From positions 30,359 to 94,358 of the forward strand of contig CAXHAT010000003.1 in the NCBI GenBank assembly GCA_964014485.1: a stretch of 64,000 bases of DNA, read 5' to 3'. Below the pieces are notes generated by a model that did no database searches, was not told the DNA's origin, and saw only the letters and a program-made list of their open reading frames with translations. Origin of the DNA: an uncultured Deferribacteres bacterium. Its GTDB lineage: Bacteria; Zhuqueibacterota; Zhuqueibacteria; Zhuqueibacterales; Geothermadaptataceae. The position numbers and the translations under genes are program-made. Of this stretch, positions 1-9,570 are shown piece after piece (position 1 is the first letter of the stretch; every line of letters starts with the position of its first letter).

Positions 1-598
1 CCAAAAACATCTGCACCGACCGGGCTTCGAAAAGCTCGGCGTCGTATTCGCAATTGAGTTCAAAGTTGGAGTCATGAGATTCGATTTTCAAGACAAGATC
101 GCATTGCGCCAAATGTGAATCGTGTTCGAACTGGGCATTTTTTTCTGAGTAGACAAAAGCGAGGGACGGAGATGATTTCGTGCCGGTCGCCGACGCTGTT
201 ACACCCCCCCGGCCCCCCTCGATGGGGGAATTCAGCATCTTCGAAGCGGCGATTACTTCATGCAGTAGCGTTTCCGTTGTTATCTTTTCCGGAATGGTCA
301 AATGAAGTGTTGTCAGCGGCAGGCTTCTTTCTGGTTCGGCGGCGGCTTTGGCCAAGCCAAATGAGATTTCTTCTTGCGCGGTATGACGATGCAAAAGAAC
401 GATAAACGCCGTCGCCAGCAATTCAAAATGCGGCGTATCAGAAAGCGCTGGATGCGTTTCTTGAAGAATGCTCTTTTGAACCTGACGGCCCGCTGACTCG
501 CGGATAAAGCTCGGAAACGGCGGGCGGGGGTGATCGGTGAAAAGCGAAAATTTGAGATGTACGTCTTTCGAGACTTGTTGCTGCGTCGGCGATGCCAT
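1..598 (-). CDS. NRPS, 5' part only (partial condensation-like domain); gene continues beyond left edge
   Basis: My translation from ATG at 598 is open to the window edge: MASPTQQQVSKDVHLKFSLFTDHPRPP...FELLATAFIVLLHRHTAQEEISFG...CDLVLKIESHDSNFELNCEYDAELFEARSVQMFL. The TDHPRP, LLxRxTxQEE and DL...EYDxxLF motifs are typical of the C-terminal half of condensation domains. Not in ORF track because no stop codon is in the window. Confidence 0.8.
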   Translation of the reverse strand, partial: MASPTQQQVSKDVHLKFSLFTDHPRPPFPSFIRESAGRQVQKSILQETHPALSDTPHFELLATAFIVLLHRHTAQEEISFGLAKAAAEPERSLPLTTLHLTIPEKITTETLLHEVIAASKMLNSPIEGGRGGVTASATGTKSSPSLAFVYSEKNAQFEHDSHLAQCDLVLKIESHDSNFELNCEYDAELFEARSVQMFL

Positions 599-675
599 GT
601 CTTTGTCCCTCTTGCCAAATAATTCTGTAACCGATGTTACGCGTCAGCTATGAAGCCAAAGAAACTCCTGTCAAA

Positions 676-746
676 GTCATTCCCGCGCAGGCGGGAATCC
701 AGGGGCTGTGCGCGATTGACTTGATTCCCGCCTGCGCGGGAATGAC
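676..746. repeat. REP-like palindromic element family A (GTCATTCCCGCGCAGGCGGGAATC...GATTCCCGCCTGCGCGGGAATGAC)
   Basis: 24-bp inverted repeat arms; near-identical copies at 9430-9500 and 12216-12286. Confidence 0.9.
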
Positions 747-951
747 GTAAAAGCGACATTTCTCTGGTGCTGCTTGAGAAGTTTCCAAGAGTGCGTAACA
801 TCAGTTCTATAATAAACTGGGTTCTGCTCTTCTTGCATGGAATGATGGGTGTTTGGGTTTCCATGATTCCAAGAATCCATCACTCCAAAATCATGAACCC
901 TCGATTTATCCGAGGCTGAGTCAAAAGCGAAACGCTTTTGAAATATGCTCC

Positions 952-2787
952 TCAGTCCAGTCCCACCAAAGTCGGTGCGATTTTCTCGGTGGAACGGCGA
1001 CGTGATTCTTCAATATTTTCCTGCACTTTGGCGGCGACGATGTAATCGCCCAGCACCAAAACGTCGAGGCGCGCTAATAAAAACGTATCGATCGCTTCTT
1101 CCGGCGTGCAAACGATGGGCTGACCCTTGACGTTAAACGAGGTGTTCAAAACCACGGGCATACCGGTGCGATCTTCGAAAGCGTCGATGAGCGTCCAGAA
1201 TCGCGGGTTATGCTCGCGAGAAACCGTCTGCGGGCGCGCCGAACCGTTGACGTGTGTGATCGCCGGTAACTGCTCCTGAAACTCCGGCCGCACCTGCGTC
1301 ACGTAAAGCATGTGGGCAAACGTGTCTTCGTCGCCTGCGTCGATATCAAAAATTTTCGCCGCGCCTTCTTTTTTGACCGCCGGAGCGAACGGGCGGAAAC
1401 CTTCGCGCATTTTGATCAGCATGTTGACCTTGTTGCGCATCTCCGGGGCGCGCGGGTCGGCGAGAATACTGCGATTGCCAAGGGCGCGCGGCCCATACTC
1501 CATCCTTCCCTGGAACCAGGCGACGATCTTCCCTGCGTCAAGAAGGGCCGCGACGTCCCGGCAAAGTTCGGAGAAATTTTCGCGGCGGACGGTTTTGCAA
1601 TCAGTTCGTTTATTGAGCGCGGCTTCGATGGCGGCGTTGTCAAACTCCGGCCCGTAGAGCGGCGCCGTCATCTTTTCCCGTTGAAATTGGGGGGTGAGTT
1701 GGCGTTGGGCGTAGAGCGCGGCGCCGAGTGCAGGGCCGTCATCTCCGGCGGCAGGCTGCACAAACATATTTTTGAATAATCGGCTGCGACGGATGACGCC
1801 GTTGGCGGTGCAGTTGAGCGCCACGCCGCCCGCCATACAAAGATTTGTCAAGCCCGTTTCCCGTTGAAAATGACGCAGCACATGCATCTGGCAGGTTTGC
1901 AGCATGGCTTGTACGCCGGCGGCAATGTCTTTGTGATATTGCGTCATCTCGGAACCGGGTTCGCGCGCCGGGCCGAAAGTTTCTTCCAATTCTTTGAGAA
2001 CGCCGCGATGCGTTTCCTTTTCGAGCTGCGTTTTATTCTCGGCGAACAGCGGAATGGCGTACGTCCCGTCCGGTTTGAGATCGACGAAATCCATAATTTT
2101 GGTGTAGAACCGACGCGGATTGCCGTAGGGCGCCAGTCCCATGACTTTGTACTCGTCCAGCCCGAAAAAGAAGCCGAGATAGAGCGTGAACACGCCGTAA
2201 AGAATCCCCAGCGAATGCGACGCGGAAACCTGTTTGAGCACTTCAATGTCTTTGCCGCGCCCGACGGCGACCGTAATGCTGTGAATCTCGCCCATACCGT
2301 CGCTGATCAAAATGAGCGCTTCGTTGTAGCCGCTGGGGTAGAATGCGCTGGCGGCGTGCGCCAAATGGTGGGTTACTGGATAAAATTTCGCGTCCGCGTC
2401 GAATTCCGGATAAAATTCGCGGATTACTTCGCGCTGAACTTCCGGGGCATAGACTTCTTTATAAAGCGTCTTTAAATGATCGTCGCCTTCGAAATATTCT
2501 TTGACCGGCTCATAATTAAAGCCGTGCGCAATGTAATCGATATTTTCAAGTTTGAGATTTCCGGCGGAGAGACAATAATTTATAGCGTACCGCGGAAACG
2601 CCCCCGTGGTTTTAACGCGCGAAAAACGCTCTTCCGAAGCCGCCGCGACGACGCCGTTTTCGTTGACCAGCGCCGCCGCCGAATCAAACCCCTGCGCGAT
2701 GCGGTATTCTCGTCGACTTAATCCCGGAAAATGTTTTTTCTTAAACGCGACGCTGCGATGCAAACCGCTGATGCCGATGATGTTCAT
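952..2787 (-). CDS. carbamoyltransferase, NodU/CmcH/TobZ family
   Basis: DSAAAL..EERFSRVK, HHLAHAASAF, DGMGE, AGGVALNC, QPAAGDDG, GRMEYGPRALGNRSILADPR, RPFAP, LNTSFN motifs. Confidence 0.95.
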   Translation of the reverse strand: MNIIGISGLHRSVAFKKKHFPGLSRREYRIAQGFDSAAALVNENGVVAAASEERFSRVKTTGAFPRYAINYCLSAGNLKLENIDYIAHGFNYEPVKEYFEGDDHLKTLYKEVYAPEVQREVIREFYPEFDADAKFYPVTHHLAHAASAFYPSGYNEALILISDGMGEIHSITVAVGRGKDIEVLKQVSASHSLGILYGVFTLYLGFFFGLDEYKVMGLAPYGNPRRFYTKIMDFVDLKPDGTYAIPLFAENKTQLEKETHRGVLKELEETFGPAREPGSEMTQYHKDIAAGVQAMLQTCQMHVLRHFQRETGLTNLCMAGGVALNCTANGVIRRSRLFKNMFVQPAAGDDGPALGAALYAQRQLTPQFQREKMTAPLYGPEFDNAAIEAALNKRTDCKTVRRENFSELCRDVAALLDAGKIVAWFQGRMEYGPRALGNRSILADPRAPEMRNKVNMLIKMREGFRPFAPAVKKEGAAKIFDIDAGDEDTFAHMLYVTQVRPEFQEQLPAITHVNGSARPQTVSREHNPRFWTLIDAFEDRTGMPVVLNTSFNVKGQPIVCTPEEAIDTFLLARLDVLVLGDYIVAAKVQENIEESRRRSTEKIAPTLVGLD

Positions 2788-3479
2788 GTTGTGCGCCCTC
2801 TGTCTGCGGTCAATTTTAGCGAATATTTGAAATACGCTTACGCAATGGACGTGCCAGTCCGGCGCATTGATTTTTTAGCAAAGGCAAGACTTTGTAAGTC
2901 ATTGTTTTCATGCACTCTGCGCGACTAGTGGCTGTACGGGCCGGAAGCAACGGAAGCGCCGAATCCTTTTTCCGTAACATTCCATTACAGCAGGATTGGA
3001 ATAAACCATTACAAGTCTCGAAGTGAATGCTTTTTTGTTCTGTTTCGGCTTTTAAGAATGGAGGTTGAGCTGTGGTCTAAAACCGGTTGAACTTAGCGAG
3101 CAAAATGCACAGAGTATTATAGGCACAGTTTCGACTGTGTATAAAAGATATGAAAAGCAGGGGCGGGTGACTTTAATATCATCGGAAAACGTCATGAAAA
3201 CAGGACTAACAAACAGTTTCAGTAATGCGCCGCTCAAAAAAAATGTGACCCTGCACGTTTCCAACTATTTTGCCAAAAATCGAAATGGGTTGAATCCCCA
3301 TAATAACGCTCCGGGAAAAAGCGGCTTCGTTCAACTCTCCCGACGCATTCGGGGCGCTATTGCGCTCCCGGTAACAACATTCAGTGGAAAAACAACTTTC
3401 GGGGAAATCGGAACATCTCGCAGAAAAATTACGGCGCAACGGCGGATATATTCCTTAACGTTATACTCAAAAAATTATC

Positions 3480-4697
3480 ATGCCAAATCACGATCATTTA
3501 AAGATTTTGAAACAAGGTGTCGATGTTTGGAACCAATGGTGGAGTGATCGCTGGGCCACATTTCCCAAAGAAGATGGACGGGTTTCTAGTAAGTACATAG
3601 ATTTTGACTTATCTGAAACAGATCTGTCGAATATGGACTTCGAAAATATAAATTTGAGATTTACCAATTTATCTAACTCAGATTTGAGCGATTCTGATCT
3701 TAGCTATGCGGATATTTTTTCAGCCAAATTGTCAAAAGCAAATTTGACCCGAGCAACGCTTGTAAATTCTAATCTACGCGGATCGGATCTTAGCTATGCG
3801 AATCTAAGTTATGCTCATTTGGGTGGTGCTGACTTAGGTGGAGCAAATTTGTATATGACGGATTTATCGAATGCTCGGCTGCACAGTACCGGTTTCTGGG
3901 ACGCTGATTTAACTGAAGCGAATTTTGAACACGCAATCCTGAATTATACCAAATTCAATTATGCGAAGTTATTTCGATGCAGAAACTTAGAATCTTGTGT
4001 CCACTTGACTCCAAGTGGTATTGATCATCAAACTCTTATCAGTTCTGGTCCTCTGCCCGAAGTTTTCCTTAAAGGCTGTGGTTTGCCCCAACATTTTCTC
4101 GAGTATGTTCCTTCCCTATTTTGGGCACCCAATCCAATTGAGTTTTATTCCTGTTTCATTTCATACAACCATAGAGACAGATCCTTTGCACGTCGCCTTC
4201 ATGACCAACTTCAAGCACGCGGGATACGCTGCTGGCTCGATGAGAAGAAAATGTTACCCGGAGATGATATTTACACAAAAATAGACCAAGGAATCAAACA
4301 GTATGATAAACTTCTTCTGTGTTGTTCAAAGCATTCCCTCGCCAGTTGGTGGGTTGACAATGAAATTGACACGGCTTTTGAAAAAGAACGGCAATTAATG
4401 CGAGAGCGTAAAGAGAAAATCCTATCCCTGATTCCGCTAAATCTCGACGGTTTTTTATTTAGTAGCTGGAACTCAGGAAAAAAGCAGCAAATTCAATCCC
4501 GAGTTATCGCAGACTTTGTTGGTTGGGAATCAAATAATGCAAAATTTGATAGACAATTTGAGAAAGTTGTTAAATCTCTACGATTAGACGGTACCTACAA
4601 ACGACAGGACTCAATAGTAGAACGAAGTAGCGAACAAGATGAGCGACTATGGTGGGGTTCCGCTCCTTTAGAGCCTAAGAGAACTTTCAAAAAGTGA
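3480..4697 (+). CDS. pentapeptide-repeat + TIR domain protein
   Basis: A(D/N)LxxA repeats at aa ~45-165, then [35 protein letters not shown] (TIR_2, catalytic Glu retained). Confidence 0.9.
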   Translation: MPNHDHLKILKQGVDVWNQWWSDRWATFPKEDGRVSSKYIDFDLSETDLSNMDFENINLRFTNLSNSDLSDSDLSYADIFSAKLSKANLTRATLVNSNLRGSDLSYANLSYAHLGGADLGGANLYMTDLSNARLHSTGFWDADLTEANFEHAILNYTKFNYAKLFRCRNLESCVHLTPSGIDHQTLISSGPLPEVFLKGCGLPQHFLEYVPSLFWAPNPIEFYSCFISYNHRDRSFARRLHDQLQARGIRCWLDEKKMLPGDDIYTKIDQGIKQYDKLLLCCSKHSLASWWVDNEIDTAFEKERQLMRERKEKILSLIPLNLDGFLFSSWNSGKKQQIQSRVIADFVGWESNNAKFDRQFEKVVKSLRLDGTYKRQDSIVERSSEQDERLWWGSAPLEPKRTFKK

Positions 4698-4967
4698 CAA
4701 TGTGGTGAATCTAATATTGCGTTGCCTGCGAAGTTTGACAAGAAAATTCTCTTGTGGGTTTCGTTACGGACTTTTTAATGATGGATTCTGACTATTGAAG
4801 TTTTGTGGTCAAGAAAAGCGAACGGATTGAATTCACGAAGTATAACAATCGGGTCTACCAGACACCAAAAAGCTGGGCGCGGATTTCTAGTTTTGGGGTA
4901 TTGAAAAGCGCGTGCAGGGTAGTCAAATTATATCGCTTTGAGGTTCCGGCACCCATTACCCAAACCG

Positions 4968-5195
4968 TTATGCAGTATGTGAAGCCCAGTCCATTTTCAG
5001 TTTTCGATTGGATACGACACAATCCCGTAAGTAAAGGTTTATCAAGCTTTGATAAGGGATTCCGGTTTCTTCTGACATTTGTTTGAAATATTCAATGACG
5101 TCTTCTCCCATTCGTAATGTGACTTGTTTTTTTAATTTTTTAGCGTATGGGTTTGGGCGGGATTTCATTTTTGAAAGGTCGTATTCTTCTTGCAT
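4968..5195 (-). CDS. brnA: BrnA/CopG-family antitoxin
   Basis: MQEEYDLSKMKSRPNPYAKKLKKQVTLRM..VIEYFK....TGIPYQSLINLYLRDC; start taken at internal ATG 5195, just after toxin stop. Confidence 0.85.
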   Translation of the reverse strand: MQEEYDLSKMKSRPNPYAKKLKKQVTLRMGEDVIEYFKQMSEETGIPYQSLINLYLRDCVVSNRKLKMDWASHTA

Positions 5196-5199
5196 AAGT

Positions 5200-5483
5200 T
5201 CACCTTTTATAGTGTTTTGATTCATTCTTCGTCGCCTTCCGTGCAGATATGATTCTGATTTCGGATTCACTTTTTCGATAACAATGGCACACCATCAGCA
5301 GATTTAATTTTGAACTCAATCCAAGCAATAGAAATCGATCTTCCCATTCAGAATGTTCATCGTCATAGAATTCAACGGCAAATTCATCGTGGAACACGGT
5401 CTGCGCTTCTTGAAGGTGACGCCGTGTTTTCTAATATTCTCGCCTGCTTTACGGCGATCCCAATTGAAATACAAGTTTCTCAT
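5200..5483 (-). pseudogene. brnT: BrnT-family toxin with 1-nt frameshift
   Basis: ATG 5483 gives MRNLYFNWDRRKAGENIRKHGVTF; the continuation (E)EAQTVFHD...EDRFLLLG...IRIISARKAT is in another frame; span is 284 nt (one base short of 285). Confidence 0.8.
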
Positions 5484-5590
5484 GTTTACAACGTAAATAC
5501 AAAGAATTTATTTTGCAAGTTACTTGTTTTGGGCAAGTCGAAGTCATAAAATTCAATCGCCATGATAACAAACCAAGTAAGAGGCGCTCA

Positions 5591-6034
5591 ATGAAATCTG
5601 AAATGACTCCAAACCCGAAAGAAAGACCGGCTCACCTGACACTCGAAAAGCACATGAAGGCCAACGCCGCCGATCTCTACAAGGCCTGGACGGAACATTT
5701 TGATCTCTGGTTTGCTCAGCCGGGCGAGCTCATTATGGCTCCCGAAATCGACAAACCTTTCTTTTTTTACAACCGCCACGATTGGGGACGGCACGCCCAC
5801 TACGGAAGGTTTCTTGCGTTAGAACAGGACCGGCGCATTGAAATGACCTGGCTGACCGGCAAAGGCGGCACGTTTGGCGCCGAAACCGTTATTAGCATTG
5901 AACTCATTCCTCAAGACCAGGGCACACTGTTCCACATGACGCATACGGGATTCGAGGACGAGAAAGCGGCGAAGGCGCACAAAGACAATTGGCCGCTCGC
6001 CCTCGACGAGCTCGATCAAAAGCTCACTGCCTAG
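5591..6034 (+). CDS. SRPBCC/AHSA1 (START-like) domain protein
   Basis: L.KAWT..FD.WF, HYGRFL.LE.DRRIEMTW, ETVISIEL..T.F..TH.GF..H...W...L; SD GAGG before ATG 5591. Confidence 0.8.
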   Translation: MKSEMTPNPKERPAHLTLEKHMKANAADLYKAWTEHFDLWFAQPGELIMAPEIDKPFFFYNRHDWGRHAHYGRFLALEQDRRIEMTWLTGKGGTFGAETVISIELIPQDQGTLFHMTHTGFEDEKAAKAHKDNWPLALDELDQKLTA

Positions 6035-6153
6035 CGTCCATCCTGAAACAGCGCGTCCTTCTTGTCATTCGTGAGTAATTTATTTATTCAAACGCTCGCG
6101 ATGACATAGATTCTACCTGAAAGTCAGACCATACTCACAAGGAAAATTTCATT

Positions 6154-6798
6154 ATGGCTCTCTCTACTTCCGCTGAAAACATTTTATCCCAACTCAACAC
6201 GGAAAACACCAAACTTGGCGATATCAAGAAAATCGCCAGGGAAATAAAGAAAGACCACGATTTAGCCATGCAATTGTGGTCTAACGGAAATCTCTATCCG
6301 CGGTTGTTGGCGGTCCTGATTATGGACAAGAAATTACTCACGCAAGACGTCATAGATCGCTTGACTGAAGATTTGCAAATTCATGAGATGCAAGAGCGAC
6401 TGCAAATTATCGACTGGCTGCTTGCAAACCAGCTAACAAAGAACAAGAAAACGGTTGCCCTTCTGGATAGCTGGGAAAAAGCGCCGTCACCACTTCTGCG
6501 CCGTTTGTTTTGGTATTATCAAGCCCGTTTGCGCTGGACTGGCCAAACGCCGCCGGCCAACACAATTGATCTGTTAAATGCGCTGGAAACAGACATGGTC
6601 AACGCCGAACCTGAGGTGCAGTGGGCAATGAATTTTACTGCCGCGCAGATTGGGATTTTTCAATCAGAACATCGAGCGCGATGTATTGCGTTAGGAGAAA
6701 GACTTGGCCTGTACAAGGACGATCCCGTTCCCCGAGGCTGCACGCCTGATTACCTGCCGGAATTCATTCGCGTTCAGGCGGCTAAACTGAAGTCTTAA
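6154..6798 (+). CDS. DNA alkylation repair protein (AlkD-like HEAT-repeat family)
   Basis: KLGDIKKIA..IKKDH.LA..LW, EVQWAMNF...IG......R.RCI.LGE.LGLYKD..V..GCTP.Y.PE.I. Confidence 0.75.
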   Translation: MALSTSAENILSQLNTENTKLGDIKKIAREIKKDHDLAMQLWSNGNLYPRLLAVLIMDKKLLTQDVIDRLTEDLQIHEMQERLQIIDWLLANQLTKNKKTVALLDSWEKAPSPLLRRLFWYYQARLRWTGQTPPANTIDLLNALETDMVNAEPEVQWAMNFTAAQIGIFQSEHRARCIALGERLGLYKDDPVPRGCTPDYLPEFIRVQAAKLKS

Positions 6799-6851
6799 CG
6801 AGTTTTCACTTGATTTACTACCGTCAACCTAATTTCGGGACGCCGAAAAAT

Positions 6852-7252
6852 CTCGTTCCCAATCTCAGGATTGGGAGCGCGATTGCACTCGAAACTCCAG
6901 TTTCGAGTGAATTCTTTGGCCCGAAACCGGAGTTTCGAGCCCGCTTCCGTTCCCAAATCTCGCTACCTGACGCTTTTTGTTCAAGCCTCTAAGACTGCTA
7001 AAAAGGGCCGGGATTGTCATGCTGGGAGAATCTATTTTGATCCAACCCTTGAACTTTTGAGCGTAATCGGCACTGGACGATAACAAAGATTTTGCTTCGC
7101 CGGCCTTTGGCTTTTCAGAATGACAAGACGGGGGCTTTCGGCGGCTCGAAAATGCAGTTTACAAAAAGTGTCAGGTAGAAAGTCCCAAACTGGAGTTTGG
7201 GAACGAGCCGTAACTTTTATTATACGAAGGGTTCAAAATCTTGAACCCCTAC
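6852..7252. repeat. composite cluster of nested palindromic repeats
   Basis: CTCGTTCCCAA...GAAACTCCAGTTTCG...GAAACCGGAGTTTCG...TCCCAAACTGGAGTTTGGGAACGAG arms enclose a GTCAT...AATGAC element; AGGGTTCAAAATCTTGAACCCT hairpin follows. Confidence 0.7.
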
Positions 7253-7668
7253 GACATGCTGTGTGTCGTTCTGAACGTTTTGTTTTTTGAGACAGCCCGC
7301 TTCCTTTGCTTTTCTACGAAGCACCGTTCTGGGGACATTCCATTTTTGTAAGCCTTGCCCTGCGCCGGATTTCAGAATTGAGGCGCAAATGCGGAAAAAC
7401 CCGCGAAATTTTTTTCAGAATTTTCGAATGCGGTGACTTTTGAAGTATGAGAATAGGCTCGAATGCGCAGTTTTTCATCGCCTTACTCTCTGTAAAAACA
7501 ATATCTTATTTACATCTTCTCCACGGGCGTGATATCCTGACAAATCCGCAACTTTTGCTGAGATTCTCGTTTTTGGCGTCGAGGTTGCGAAAAGGCGGGC
7601 TGATCGGATGAGCGATCGTAAGTCGTGGGAATGACATCAAGGACGAGCATCGAGGCGGCAAAGACGGT

Positions 7669-9399
7669 ATGGGAAAAGCATCAGGGAAGAACGCGCCGAA
7701 GCGCATTTTTTATATCATTTCATTTTTTGTTTTTGGCTTTTTGGCTCCGAGAAACAGCCAGGCGCAAGGGTATTATTTTTGGAACCCCGCGAATAAAAAC
7801 TTGCCTTACGTTTCCGAAATCAATCCGGCCATTATCACCAAACAGTTCACGCAAATCGCCGCCGGGGTGCGGCTTTACCATGTCGGTTTTCTCAGCGAAA
7901 ATTCCTTCGCGATGAAAGAGAGCCGGGTCAATCTCAGCTTCCCGTTTCTTTTGCCCACGAGCTTGGGCATGGGTTTCGACATGCGTTATTTTGATTCCGG
8001 GCTGTTTTCTGAACTCAACGCAGCCTTCATGCTTAGTCGCGAAATTGCGCCAAAACTTTCTCTCGGCGTCAAACTGGGCTTCGAGCAGCGCGGTTTTAAC
8101 ACAGGCGAGTTTGTCGGTTTCGATCTCAACGATCCGCTGATCGCCAACGGAACGTCTTTTTTACGCCTCAATGCCGGAGCAGGGATGTACTGGTCGCCGG
8201 GAAATGTGGAACTCGGCGTCGGCGTCGATCACCTGAACGCCGCGAACGTCAACATTCTCGGCGCGACAACGGCAAATCTTCCGCGCGAGATTACCGGCGC
8301 GTTAGGTTATCGTCTCGGCGCTTTTACGCCGACGCTTTTGGTGCATCACGACGGCGTGCAGAGCCGGATCGGTTTCTCCATCACCGCCGCCAAAAACAAG
8401 CTCGGATCGATTCGATTGGGCTACGAAGAAAATTTGCCCATACGTGTTGAAGCGACGTTCAACTTCACCCGAAACGACCGCTTGCAATACGGCGTGGACG
8501 TGCCGCACGGCGGAACGCGCGGTTTGACCGCCGGAACGCAGGCGCTGGATTACATCCACATTCTCGGACGCGCGCCGGAGTTGGGACAGCCGGAAATTTT
8601 ATTCTCGACCAACGAAACCAAGGTCATCGAAAAGAAAATCATTCGCAGCGTCGAAAGCGGGTTGAGCGTAAAAAACATCGCTGAATTCGATGAAGTGCTG
8701 CCCGCCTACGTTTCCACCGCGCGTCATCGCGACCCATTGCTGATCATCGTCGCGGGCGCTTTGAGTGCGTACGAAACTGACGCTATTCGCGCACGGCGTT
8801 ACCGCGATTTGCACGCGCAAGTCTCGTCGCTTTTGCAGCAAAATCCGGGGATAAAGGTCGTGGTTCGAACGACGAGGGAAAACGTCGCCGACGCCAAGGC
8901 GATTGCCGCTTACATGGTAAGGCAGGCCCGCGTCGATCCGAGTCAGATCAAAATCGCCGGCATGGGCGCCGCAGCAGGCAAAAATTTGCGCGGATTTGCG
9001 CCCGGCAGAACGACGGTTCAGCGGCTTAAACCGGCGCTTTCGGAAGCAAGCGTCGTAATCAATCTGCGGGTCCCGGGAAAAACGCGCAAGACCAAAGGCT
9101 GGACGCTGCGCATCGCGAACGCAGACGGCGAAACGGTGAAAACATTCTCCGGCGGCGGCAACTTGCCCGCAACGCTGAATTGGGACTGGCGCAACGACGG
9201 CGGCGCTTTGGTCGCGCCTGGAAAGTATGCAGTGACGCTTGAAGCAAAAACGATTTACGACAATAAAAGAACGGCGGAAGCAACGCCGCTGGGCGTGATT
9301 CTGGTAAAGCGGACGGTCAATCTCAAATTCCACAAAAACAAAGCGACGACGCAGACAACGCCGATTGAAACGGCCAGACGCGGCGAAGGGGTCGAATAG
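7669..9399 (+). CDS. PorP/SprF-family outer-membrane beta-barrel with C-terminal extension (FlgD-like Ig domain)
   Basis: Signal peptide (SQA|Q); NPA motif, alternating beta strands, DLNDPL, GVGVDHLN; C-terminal WTLRI...VKTFSG.G.LP..LNWDWRND.G.LV.PG.Y. Confidence 0.7.
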   Translation: MGKASGKNAPKRIFYIISFFVFGFLAPRNSQAQGYYFWNPANKNLPYVSEINPAIITKQFTQIAAGVRLYHVGFLSENSFAMKESRVNLSFPFLLPTSLGMGFDMRYFDSGLFSELNAAFMLSREIAPKLSLGVKLGFEQRGFNTGEFVGFDLNDPLIANGTSFLRLNAGAGMYWSPGNVELGVGVDHLNAANVNILGATTANLPREITGALGYRLGAFTPTLLVHHDGVQSRIGFSITAAKNKLGSIRLGYEENLPIRVEATFNFTRNDRLQYGVDVPHGGTRGLTAGTQALDYIHILGRAPELGQPEILFSTNETKVIEKKIIRSVESGLSVKNIAEFDEVLPAYVSTARHRDPLLIIVAGALSAYETDAIRARRYRDLHAQVSSLLQQNPGIKVVVRTTRENVADAKAIAAYMVRQARVDPSQIKIAGMGAAAGKNLRGFAPGRTTVQRLKPALSEASVVINLRVPGKTRKTKGWTLRIANADGETVKTFSGGGNLPATLNWDWRNDGGALVAPGKYAVTLEAKTIYDNKRTAEATPLGVILVKRTVNLKFHKNKATTQTTPIETARRGEGVE

Positions 9400-9429
9400 A
9401 TTAAAAATCAAGTGCCCCAAATTTTCAAC

Positions 9430-9500
9430 GTCATTCCCGCGCAGGCGGGAATCCAGCAAAGCGTGCAAAATCGATAGATTCCCGCCTGCGCGGGAATGAC
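9430..9500. repeat. REP-like palindromic element family A
   Basis: Same arms as 676-746; the ORF-track ATG at 9496 lies inside it. Confidence 0.9.
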
Positions 9501-9570
9501 AGATAATTTAACGAAAACAAGACCAAGTTACACTACAATTCACATTCATATCGGAGTAAGGAGTCACATT

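Noticed and set aside
313..618. 101-aa Arg-rich ORF from the track
   Set aside because: Out-of-frame shadow of the NRPS frame (598 to edge), which has real motifs
3065..3547. 160-aa ORF upstream of the TIR gene
   Set aside because: No recognisable motif, TTG start, overlaps the TIR gene; likely spurious
8599..9468. 289-aa antisense ORF (and similar long antisense ORFs elsewhere)
   Set aside because: Opposite well-supported genes; begins in a palindromic repeat (DSRLRGND)
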